DNA of 21,004 nucleotides from Rotaria socialis (taxonomy: Eukaryota): assembly GCA_905331295.1 (NCBI GenBank), contig CAJNYD010000002.1, positions 124,001 to 145,004 of the forward strand. Reading direction: 5' to 3'. The position numbers and the translations under genes were made by a program. The notes beneath the pieces were generated by a model. That model was not told where the DNA came from, searched no databases, and saw only the letters and a program-made list of their open reading frames with translations. Below are positions 11,501-21,004 of the stretch, piece by piece (position 1 is the stretch's first letter; each line of letters opens with the position of its first letter).

Positions 11501-12242
11501 GTGACAGACAGGCACTGGAGCAGAAAGACCATTCTCGCCGAATCCAACCGAGTTTGATATGTCAAAAACTAGAGCGCTCAAAAAAGAATGTATTGAAATA
11601 CTAAAACAGTCTTCAAACTGACCTAGTGATACATGAACACCCTGAAGATCGCCAATCTATCCACATGAGTGTTCATTCAAAGTTCCAACCTCAGAGGCGC
11701 AACACGCCGGTTTGAGGTAAGTCACAGGCAACACTTCGCATACATTTTTTTATATCAAAATTTTCTCAAAATCATTTCAACCCCATTTCTAATATTAATG
11801 GATGATAATTGAAAACAAGAATCGACATAGGACTTTGGACTTGTTACAGATCTTCCTTGAGCAACATTTACAATCAGTGTTGTACTCTCCACCAGCAGAA
11901 TATCATCTAATTAAGGTAAATAGAACAAATTACCTTCAAAGATCTTTATTAGTAAAATCATGATTTCGGGCTTAAATCAGGCTTGTATTGCAGCGTTTCT
12001 TCGCGGAAAGATCTTAGAATGTGATTTTCTATCGATTTGGATCTTATAATCACAGAAATACCTTATAACTAAGGTAGTCACAGTAAACATCTCTAGTGAT
12101 CTTCGTAGATCTTTCATAGTCTCCCGGGTGAATTTTTAATTCACACAGGGATGACGACCCTCAGCTGCCGGTAGCGAATTTATCGGACGGTTGTGCTAGC
12201 AACTCGTCAGTCAGACTTTAAACTCAACTTGCTAACGAAAAA

Positions 12243-12552
12243 TGTGAAACACGATGAAACTCCTTTTCTGGAATCCGTCAATCACGGTCGGTGATAGTCT
12301 GTGGAGTTTCTCTGCTACGGGCTGTATGATAATGTATGGAGCCTCTAGAAACCATCATAAACCGTTACATACACCTCAGAAACTACCGCAGACCGTTAAA
12401 GAGACCTCGAAAACCACCACAGTCGTTATAGAGAAAATAATTAATTAAGCAAGTATATAATTAATTAATTTCTCTGTAACGGTCTGTGGGGGGGGGGGTA
12501 TTCAAATTTCTACCCTATATACTTCAACACTCCTTTCAGACCGTGTGTTACA
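12243..12552 (-). mobile_element. Non-autonomous ~310-bp TG...CA element, copy 1 (inverted relative to the copy at 18013-18348)
   Basis: Ends are TGTGAAACACGAT...ACCGTGTGTTACA. The reverse complement aligns along its length with 18013-18348 (for example CTGAAAGGAGTG.TGAAGTATATAGGGTAGAAATTTG). It has the same AGAGAAA(TTAA)n...TTTCTCT internal palindrome. The flanks AAAAA/AAGCA are only a partial TSD match. Confidence 0.85.
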
Positions 12553-14210
12553 AAGCAAGTGCGCGAACGCACACCAGTGTTTTCTTTGGAAGCTGGAATG
12601 TTAGAACCTGTGCCAAACAATCAAAGAAGGAACTTATTATGAAGCAATTACAAAAATATCGTGTTCAAATTGCTGCACTGAGTGAAATGTGCATGTACAA
12701 TTCTGGAGGTAAATTAATAAATGACTTTGCATAGATTTTCGCTGGATTACCATCAGTAAATAAAACTCGAAACGCTCATGGAATAGTTGTCTGTTTGGGG
12801 ATATAGTTTATGGTCAGTAAAATAAATGAAACGGTCAGTAAGTTAAATAATTATAAAATCAGTAAAATTATTGATTGTTCAGTAAATTACTTAAATGGTC
12901 AGTTAAAAACTAATGAGGTTTGTAAATAAATTTAAAGGTCAGTAAAAATGTTTTTTTGACAGTCGATTTTTCTAAATGGTCAGTATAAAAATTGAAATAG
13001 CAGTAGAGTGAATCACATTTGTTCTACTTTCTTTTTCTTCTCAGTTGTTCTACATATGTTCTTGTTTTTTTGTCCTTGTTCTTTCTTTTAACATCTATTT
13101 TATGAATAAGAAGAATCATCGTTTTAGTTCTTCTTGTTGTTCATTGTCTAAAAGAAAAGAAAAAAGATTCTCAATTTCTTGCCTGGTCGTTGTCTTTATC
13201 CATATTCATAAATGAATATTTAGTATTTTTCAAATAAAAATAACATACTTAACAGTTAAAATTTTGACATATTTTTAACTATGCAAGTGTTTCAAGTTCC
13301 TCAATATGAAAGTGATATATCAGATGAAGAGGTTGTAGAAGATGATGGAATTAATGGAATTAAAAGAACCCTTGAAAAAAAGACATCAAATAGTTGGATT
13401 AAAAGATGTATTTGATAATGCTGATGAAGCAGAAGCATCAATTGAAAATCAATTGCCAAAACATTACACACAGTATACAGCAAATGAGATAAAAGTATAT
13501 TCGATATGCAAAAAAGTTAAACCTCGTGATCATCAATGTCTTCCTGAGGCGACTTTCCCCCGTGTTCTTGACCTGTGAAGACTTCAAGATTTGCCCATAT
13601 CGCATAAACTTCTTGGTCCAGAAGCTCAATAAACTGATGCACATTAGCAAGATGGTTTCAGTAGGGCTTTAAGTATTTATCTATTATATCATGTAGGTCG
13701 TGATAGAGTAACCGTGTATGAAACGGAAGCTGAATACGAACATCACGATGACGCATTTCGAGGTGTTGATGAAGTTGTTAAAAGTTAAATAGAAGATTTA
13801 TTTAACCTTAATTTTTACTGGTAAAGCTTATCTTTTTTACTGATCAATTTTGTATTTATTACTGGCCAAATTTTTATTTTTTACTGCTACTTACATTATA
13901 AAACTGACCATTCTAGAATAAAATACTGATCATTTTGGTACTGACCATTTCCATATTTTTTTACTGACCAATTCATTTATTTTGCTGACCACTTAAATGG
14001 TAGCCATCTGTTTGGACAAAACAGCTGCTAAGGTATGGAAAGATTCTGGCTCGGAGTGAGAATCAGTGAGTGATATGATCGCAAAAATTAAACTGAAATG
14101 TTTATTTGTAAATTTGACTATTATTTTTTATTTATTCTCCTGTGAATTCAACTAACAACCAAATGAATGATGATAGTTAAAAATTTTATAATGATTTACA
14201 TGTTATTAAT
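12553..14210 (+). pseudogene. RTE-like non-LTR retrotransposon APE-endonuclease fragment, in two pieces (12553-12798 and 14016-14210)
   Basis: FFGSWNVRT...IAALSE...SG...NAHGIVVCL|DKTAAKVWKDSGSE*ESVSDMI...IYSP...FYNDL matches the N-terminal APE motifs. The two halves rejoin in frame (TTG G|AC AAA) when 12799-14015 is removed. Stops include 12732-12734 and 14057-14059, and there is a frameshift in a T run. The fragment is truncated before the GDxNA motif. Confidence 0.88.
12799..14005 (+). mobile_element. Mutator-like (MULE) non-autonomous deletion derivative, ~1.2 kb
   Basis: Flanked by GTCTGTTTGG (12789-12798) and ATCTGTTTGG (14006-14015), a 9-10-bp TSD. The imperfect TIRs are GGATATAGTTTATGGTCAGTAAAATAAATGAA and the reverse complement GGCTACCATTTAAGTGGTCAGCAAAATAAATGAA. 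Arrays of GGTCAGTAAA (left) and TTTACTGACC (right) are subterminal. An internal decayed fragment (KVYSICKK...QC / SIYLLYH...TEAEYEHH) resembles a MULE N-terminal Zn-finger. Confidence 0.85.
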
Positions 14211-14222
14211 TGAGGGTGTGGG
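14211..14222 (+). repeat. Two telomere-type hexamers TGAGGG-TGTGGG at the RTE breakpoint
   Basis: Directly read as ...GTTATTAAT|TGAGGG TGTGGG TCTGG, at the point where APE similarity ends. Confidence 0.6.
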
Positions 14223-14850
14223 TCTGGTTAATGTTATTTTATACAGCCACCCACGCACTAACCTGATGAAAAGAATTAGTAAGATGCCGATCGTTTTTTT
14301 TGCACTGGTCACAACCGAAAGGAAAATATGGATTATTTATTTGGTGAACTTGCGGTATACATGAAACAATATTTTGATATGCGAAAATAAGAAGTAGCGA
14401 AATTAGAATCACACTTCATTGGCTCAGGTAAACATTTTATGTTAGAAAAAAAGAAAAAATATGTAACGCCTATATGTATACAAAGTAATATCTCTTGCAG
14501 ACTCACATTAAAAAATAAGCATTTTGATGATAACGACTGGTAAGTAGTCTTATTCGATCATCTATATTTTACATTAGCGATGTGTTTGTTTTTTACAATA
14601 TAGCAGTGTAGATAATAATGACAGTAAAAATGAGGAAAGATAAACATGCATTTTTGTGTTTAATTTGAAGATATTGAAAAAACTGAGATAGAAAGTGTCA
14701 CAGAGACACCGCTGTAACTTAAATCAATTCGCAAAATAGAAATTTATGTTACCATTTAACCAATCAACAACAAATTTCCTATTTTCGATTCCTAATCTAA
14801 ATTTTGATCTTTCCTTTATTATTCTGTTTTATCCTATTTATACTATACAA

Positions 14851-14881
14851 CCCTCACACCCACACCCACACCCACACACCC
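14851..14881 (-). repeat. Interstitial telomere-type repeat (TGTGGG)3 plus TGAGGG at the peptidase breakpoint
   Basis: The minus strand reads GAA GGG TG TGTGGG TGTGGG TGTGGG TG TGAGGG. TGTGGG and TGAGGG are the reported telomeric hexamers of the bdelloids Adineta vaga and Philodina roseola. Confidence 0.8.
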
Positions 14882-17276
14882 TTCACCAGGAAAGATAATT
14901 AGTTTTGATGGTATACCTAGAACATGAAGTGATTGCTTTAATAAATAAGCCTGTGAAGTTGGAACTCGATAATCATTTTCACCCACAACTATATGCGTTG
15001 GTGTTCGAACTTTGTCCAATTGAAATATCGCAGATTCCTGTTGATAACGATTGGATACTTGCCATGGAAACCCACCTAACTTGTAAGTCCTATACAAAGG
15101 CAAATCAGTTAATCCCCAAGAATTCACATGCTCAACAGCACCAGCACCAGTCAGAGCAGCATTGAAACGAGTGGTCTGAGCGATCAACCAATTTGTCAAA
15201 TGCCCACCATAGCTGTAGCCACCGACGGCTAGTCTCTCTGGATCTGCAATACCATCTTGTACTAATGCATCGACACCGAACAGAACATCCTTTCCTGGTC
15301 GGGAGATTAATACGTCTAATATCCCATGGAGAAACTCATCAGCATAACCTGTATACAAAACAAAATAAACCTCATCAATCGCATAATGACACAAATGATC
15401 TGCTATACCTGTTGAACCTCGATAGTTAGGTTGAAATACAAGCCAACATTCAGTGGCCATCATTCCAGCAATGTAAAACCAGTCAGTACGAAAAGCATTT
15501 AAATCCGCTGAATAAGGTCCGCCATGCATGAGTACTAATAATGGTAAATTTTTCTCTTGGTACTTGTTTGGAGGATAGAGAAGGATACCTTCTATTTCAG
15601 TTTAATCGTCCTTATTTGCCCATCGATATGATGTACCTTTGGGCAGATTTCGTTCTGTAAACAGCTTATTTTCGTTTGTGACTTTCTTAGCTGAGTTCAA
15701 TTGGTCAATTGTATTTATATAATAGATTTCTTGAGGAGCATCAAATGAAGAGTGAATGAAAGCAATTGTAGATTTGTTTTCAACACAGGTGGTAACGAGG
15801 TTTTCAGAAGTTCCATTCCAGCCTGTTAGTTTAATCAGTGGATCATATGTTGATTGTTGAGTATAAATTTGTATTTCTGTATTCAACTGCCCGAGAAGGA
15901 TAACACCTTTTCGACCATTTTCTAATAGAGCAAAGTCGTTCATTGCACCTTTAAATTTATCGGCCCAACGTTCAATTTGACCGCTTACAACATTAAGTGA
16001 GTAAAGTCGTCCTTGATTCTCTTGATAAACACCTTCTACAGATCCCTCACCGGTAACTGTGAAGAAAATTGTTTCGTTATCGAACCATTTCAAATTTCAT
16101 TCAAATGCAGGATTTTTCGTTAACTGAATCGGAGTGGATGGCAACGAATTAAAAAAATCATAGGAGTATATTTCAACATCATTTGTTGATTCGACCTCTT
16201 GTGATATTGTCGTCGTTGAAAATACCAGATGTTTGCCATCCGGTTGTGTCAACAATGCATGGACATCCTTTATTGTTCACATATTTGCGTTTCCATTTCT
16301 TTGGAATATCCTCTGATCCAGTATTAGGAAGGAGGAATACATTATGATGAGTGTTATGCAATATGCCATAGGCTTTGTATAACTCGTTACTCTCATCAGT
16401 CTATCTGTTATGCTTCTTAATGTTATCCATCCACTTTTATGTAACGTGATTACATCTTTAGACATAACCTACGTAATGCTCATATGCCAATTATATCTTT
16501 TTCTATTCTCCTCTCTCTCATATGCACGTATATAAAGCGAGTACACTGTATTANAGAACTGGAACAGAACTGGAAAATTAGAGAATGGAGTAGTGTAACT
16601 AACATCTTGTATACACCGAGGATAGCGGTAACGCTACTCTTCCAGTTTCTCTTTGTGATTACAAATAAAAATAAATACTGCAGTAGTAACGAATCGATCT
16701 GTATTCGATTCAAATCGCTTATCTTGATACGATAGATCGTATCACCCGCCCGTTTTCTCGATATTCAACTACGTCTTTCCATTCATTCTTATATATCTCG
16801 TCGCCTTCGCTTGTCTATGGAGTTTGTGTTGCAAAGTACAGACTACCATCTGTATTCGACCAAGTAAACGCATGAATCGGCTCTTTGCCTACTGTGACAG
16901 AAAATGTTTGTTCAGTTCGAATTGAATAAAGATTAATATAGTTTTACTCTTTGTCCATAGTATCGTTCAACATACATCCAGCTATATAGGCAATCCATTC
17001 ACCTCTCCAAATTGGTTTCAGTGAATCTGAAGCATTACGAGTCACCAGTTTTTTGTCCTGGCTGTTAAATGATTGAAGATAGAGATGTTGTTCATTGATA
17101 TTTCGAGTCCAGTCACGATGTAATATTTGAATAAGAATCGTTTGATCCTTATCAGGTGCAAGTGTCAACGATAAAAAAATTGTGTAATCAAAAGATTCAT
17201 CTAATGTGAATTTAGGTTTTGATGATGAACTATGATCAGTCATAACGGACAATAAGACACTAAATAGATATTTCAT
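14879..17276 (-). pseudogene. S9 (prolyl oligopeptidase clan SC; acylaminoacyl/dipeptidyl peptidase-like) pseudogene with N-terminal propeller region
   Basis: Motifs: PLLVLMHGGP, QPNYRGSTGY (after removing a 60-bp intron at 15349-15408), nucleophile GGYSYGG, Asp motif GENDYRVP, and IFPGEG truncated just before the catalytic His. In-frame stops lie at 16944-46, 16815-17, 16097-99 and 15602-04. There is a frameshift near 16748 and a ~400-bp interruption at ~16280-16685. Confidence 0.9.
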
Positions 17277-18012
17277 TGACAGAATTACTTTTAACACTCG
17301 TTCTAGTCATACTTCCACATTAGTACGAGGTCTCAATAACGAGAGCATAAATGGAGGTATAGCTCATATATTCATCAACAAAGCGAGTTACTCTCATCCC
17401 CGGAGCACAGAGTCACATATGTAGACTGAATTTTCTTTGATATAAAATGCATCATGGATGCATTTTGAATTGACAGTGCTATAATCCTACGAAAATAGCT
17501 TTACGTACTGTGTAGAATTAAATAAGTCAAGCGGAAACTATAGATGTGCCAATATTTCTCTGCGCACACAAATTGCACAGAGTATAAATTTTGCGTTTAG
17601 AAATATATTGTAGTGTATTTTATAGATACGCAAATAATATAGATTGAAAGCAGAAGAAGCAGGACAGAACTTAACAGTGGTTCGAACAAAGTATGAAAGT
17701 AAATTATATTGATTTCGTTTCACTTCAATGCTCGTCTACACAAAGCAATTAAATAACCAATGCAAATGAAGAATGGTTCTCTCTCATGAAGATACAATGC
17801 ATAATAGAAAAGGTGAATATAATGAGAGATGTCTCTGTCGAATTCGTATTGCCCTTTTTTTTACCAAGGTACTATAAAAAGAAACTTTTTAAAGAGCATA
17901 AAATCACTTCAATAGATGGCAGACAAGTTTCCAACAACAATAATTCAACGAACTTTTAAAAATAATTTTCATTGTAAAGAAGACGCATTGAAACACTGTT
18001 TTACACCCTTTT

Positions 18013-18348
18013 TGTGAAACACGATCTGAAAGGAGTGCTGAAGTATATAGGGTAGAAATTTGGACCCACCCCCGGCCCCTCCCCCCATCGACAGGGACAG
18101 AGAAATTAATTAATTAATTAGCTGATTAATTAATTAATTAATTAATTTCTCTGTCCCGGTCTGTGATGGTCCCTGAATTCTCTGTCACTGTCCCGGTCTG
18201 TGATGGTTCCTGAAGTCCCTCTGTCACGGTCTGTGATGGTTTCTAGAGACTCCGTACATCATAATATAGACTGTAATGGAGAAGCTCCACAGACCACCAG
18301 TGACAGTAATAGACGAATTCCAGAAAAGAAGTTTCATCGTGTTTCATA
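18013..18348 (+). mobile_element. Non-autonomous 336-bp TG...CA(TA) element, copy 2, with 5-bp TSD
   Basis: The 13-bp terminal IR is TGTGAAACACGAT / ATCGTGTTTCATA, and CTTTT flanks both sides (18008-18012, 18349-18353). An internal hairpin GGGACAGAGAAA(TTAA)n...TTTCTCTGTCCC spans 18094-18157. There are three copies of a CTGTC.CGGTCTGTGATGGT unit. Confidence 0.88.
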
Positions 18349-18714
18349 CTTTTAATCCCAAAGGGATTGCGCTAACAGCTTTTTGTGGTTAGGTTCAATC
18401 AATTTTTTTCTGACTTCATGCTTTTTTCCAGATAACCATTTCTGTTTGTAGTAGAGACTGACATTTGACCATATTCTTAGAGATAATTCATATCTCTTCG
18501 TATCAGCTCACGTTGTTCAATAAAAATTTAAAAAAATTCATACCAGTTCATCCAAATTCGGAATACTACATATTCTTTCGAAGTAAGTCATATCCTTCTA
18601 TAAAAATTCACAATAATTCACATTTGCTTATAATAGTTTATATTAATTATTTCATAAGCATTTGAAATAATTCATATCGTTTTATAACAAAAATTTCATA
18701 ATAATACATGTTAC

Positions 18715-18768
18715 TTCATAAAATTCATAAAATTCATAAAATTCACAAAAAATCATAAAAATCCATAA
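18715..18768 (+). repeat. 9-bp tandem repeat (TTCATAAAA)~5-6 within a region rich in TTCATA/ATTCA motifs
   Basis: Three perfect units followed by degenerate units, with similar motifs scattered over ~18480-18860. Possibly subterminal repeats of the downstream CACTA-like element (inference). Confidence 0.7.
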
Positions 18769-19400
18769 TAGGTTGGAATAATACATAAAAGCTTATCTCA
18801 CTTCATGAGAATTCATATATATTCATTGTAGTTCACAATTCTTCATAATTCACATAAATTCGTCTGATTATAAATGATAAAGAATCGTTACCCTAGTCGA
18901 ACTTTTTTTAGTATGCGCATGACACTCTTGAGTTTCTTGAGCCCGAATGTCATGCGCTATGGACACATCTTGAGTCAAGACTTGGGGGCACTAAAAAACC
19001 AAAGCGCTTGTAATTCTTGCTTCAGCGCTTGTATTTCTTGTTCATGTACTTGGGTTTCTTGATAAAGAAACATGGTGAATTTCTTGTAGATGATAGACAT
19101 TATAGAGATGACATTGTATTCCTTCCGTTAGTTATCCTCCCTTTAGATGTCGCTATACAATGGCTCCTTGCTATTAACAGAAAAAAAAATACCATTAAAT
19201 ACATACAGACGAAATTCTGAATATAAACAAAAGAAAATTCACAAAGAATTTATGCCTACTACTACGTAGCTAATGTGCAAAAACTGTTTAAAGAAAAAAC
19301 AAAACAAAGCGCACTATGTTAACTTACGAAACTCTAGAAAAACTTTGCGATCGTCATTTCGAATTTTATTCATAAAGTTTTCGTTTTCTTAATATTTCAG

Positions 19401-20762
19401 ATGGGTGATAGACCACCAAAACGGCGTTTGCATTCAAATGTCAAGCGAGAATGGCGTTCACATAGACGAAGAAATATGATTCAAAATGTTTTTCAATCAG
19501 CAAGTATTGTAATATACTAGCTTTCTTTTGTTCTTATATTTTTATAATTTATATAATAGGTAGATACCTTTGAGACAACAAATACCAGCGAAGAAGAAAC
19601 AAGTTTTCATCGAGATCATGAATCAATGGCTGATTATTATGTAAATCAACGTTCTTCTTCATGTTCTGTTTCTTCAGAAACAGAAAAAGAAGAAGAGTCT
19701 GATTTCGAACATTTTGGAAGTAATACTAATGTAAATTATGATAGTCATCGTGATGCTGATGAAGATGATGACATAGAAGATTTTATTAGTAAAATAATAA
19801 ATGAAGATCAAAACAAATCAACACCATTATATGATGGAAGTCCCATATCCGTACATGAAGCTTGTGTTCATCTAATTCAATTATCAAATTCACTAAATCT
19901 CAACAAAAATCGATTACAAATTCTACTCAAAGAACTTCGCTTTTTCTTTCCTTCTGAATGTCGTCTTCCCAAAACTGTCTTTACATTGTTCAAATTAACA
20001 GATAATGATGATCATCCACAAGTTTGTTTTAGAAATAATATTTTTACTAACATTTACGTTCAATTTTTACAGGTATCTACTCATTGTGTAGAATGTAGCG
20101 AGATTTTAATCAAACTTGACCAAAAAAAATGTTCAAATGCGTGTAGCTTAAATGGTAAATATCGTTCTTATTCTCAAATTGCCGAATTAGCTATTATGAA
20201 TGTCGAAAATGAAATAAAACGAGTTGCTAAACGTTACATTCATTTAATCAATGAATATCCTAAACAAGCTGTGCATTTGTGTCCTTCAGATCATATCAAC
20301 GGTAAATAATGAACCTTTAATACATATATTTTATTTGATATTTTTAGGCAACATTTACCATCAACTGCCGTCTAATCAAAACCACCACAACATCACTATC
20401 ATATTACATAGCGACGGGGCTCCGGTTATCGATGTGACTAGTAAGTGTTATAATAAAGTCAGCTAAATATTCTTTATTACTACCGATTCGCTGTATCATG
20501 GAAATTACTGTAATTTATCATGTATTTTTGTCCCTTCTATCATAGACAAATTGCTTCAAACCAAATTAAACTGAATAGAAAAAAGATTAATACTTTTATT
20601 CACATTTTAGAATCTAAATTCTCTCTTTTGTTTTTTTTGATTATAATAAATATATCATTCAAGAAATCATTCTGCAATGTTTATTCCTGTACAATAATGT
20701 TTTTTTTTTATTTAGATAAATCGGTATGGTCTGTTCAAGCCACTATTGCTGAAATACCTCCA
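19401..20762 (+). mobile_element. EnSpm/CACTA (CMC) transposase gene, 5' portion with four introns, truncated
   Basis: The spliced product reads MGDRPPKRR...acidic tract...PLYDGSPISV...LPKT...HCVEC...C...C...ITIILHSDGAP...KSVWSVQATIAEIPP, typical of Tnp2-like transposases up to the first catalytic Asp. Introns are ~19500-19559 (or 19504-19563), 20022-20072, 20302-20347 and 20441-20715. Similarity stops after EIPP. Confidence 0.85.
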
Positions 20763-21004
20763 CAGCCGAAACGCAGGTAACGCACGGACGTTTTTTCAAC
20801 TTCGAACGATTGTATCTCGATGATGGTAAAAGGAAAAAGCTTGTAAATTTCAACACTTATGTAAGTCAACAACTTCTATAATACCTGAAAGTTTGAGCCT
20901 CAATTGTTGGGCTGTTTAGATTCTATAGGTGAAATACTGGTCGGTAACACACAGACAAAAAAGGTCCTTCGTTCTCAGTAGACGCGAGAGAAGTGATAAA
21001 TGCT
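20763..21004. mobile_element. Probable insertion (terminus of another DNA element) interrupting the transposase
   Basis: Abrupt switch to non-coding sequence beginning CAGCCGAAACGCAGGTAACGCACGG right after EIPP, with a stop a few codons later. The other end and any TSD lie outside the window. Confidence 0.5.

Noticed and set aside
10370..11810. GC-richer patches that look like ends of dispersed repeats (near 10377, 10960-11000 and 11680-11800)
   Set aside because: No mate TIR, TSD or second copy within the window; a genome-wide search would be needed.
12120..12240. Possible HDV-like ribozyme in the RTE 5' region (hairpin GACGGTTG...CAACTCGTC, GCGAAT)
   Set aside because: I could not build the nested P1/P1.1/P2/P3 double pseudoknot by eye.
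14255..14330. CTGATGA...CGAAA as a hammerhead ribozyme in the filler between the telomeric tracts
   Set aside because: Stem II does not close next to GAAA, and no stem I/III pairing with a cleavage triplet was found.
16355..16410. Minus-strand CTGATGA followed by small hairpins as a hammerhead
   Set aside because: It lacks the GAAA core and the stem I complement.
18090..18245. Repeat units with short spacers as a CRISPR-like array
   Set aside because: These are internal tandem units of a eukaryotic mobile element; the spacers are short and related, and there are no cas genes.
18890..19180. Minus-strand coiled-coil-like fragment (QEIQALKQELQAL)
   Set aside because: Short, bounded by stops, and no gene model could be supported.
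20761..20800. CACAG start as a Transib/RSS-like heptamer
   Set aside because: It reads CACAGCC with no nonamer, and the initial CA probably belongs to the transposase Pro codon.

Overview
AT-rich eukaryotic DNA with short GT-AG introns. Gene content and intron style suggest a bdelloid rotifer (inference). The left part (~0.6-8.6 kb) is a compact block of five intact genes: a P-loop GTPase with a Cys/His-rich domain, a dual-specificity phosphatase, a SPRY-like protein, an iodothyronine deiodinase-like selenoprotein (in-frame TGA plus a type II SECIS in the 3' UTR, missed by the ORF track) and an RI-like LRR protein. A decayed DD37D (maT) Tc1/mariner end precedes this block. The right part (~8.7-21 kb) is mostly decayed mobile DNA. 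It holds an RTE-type endonuclease fragment split by a Mutator-like element, two inverted copies of a TG...CA mini-element, a bacterial-type S9 peptidase pseudogene with an intron, and an intron-containing EnSpm/CACTA transposase truncated by another insertion. The RTE fragment and the peptidase pseudogene both break off exactly at short TGAGGG/TGTGGG telomere-type repeats that face each other across a ~630-bp spacer, which looks like a telomerase-healing and rejoining scar.
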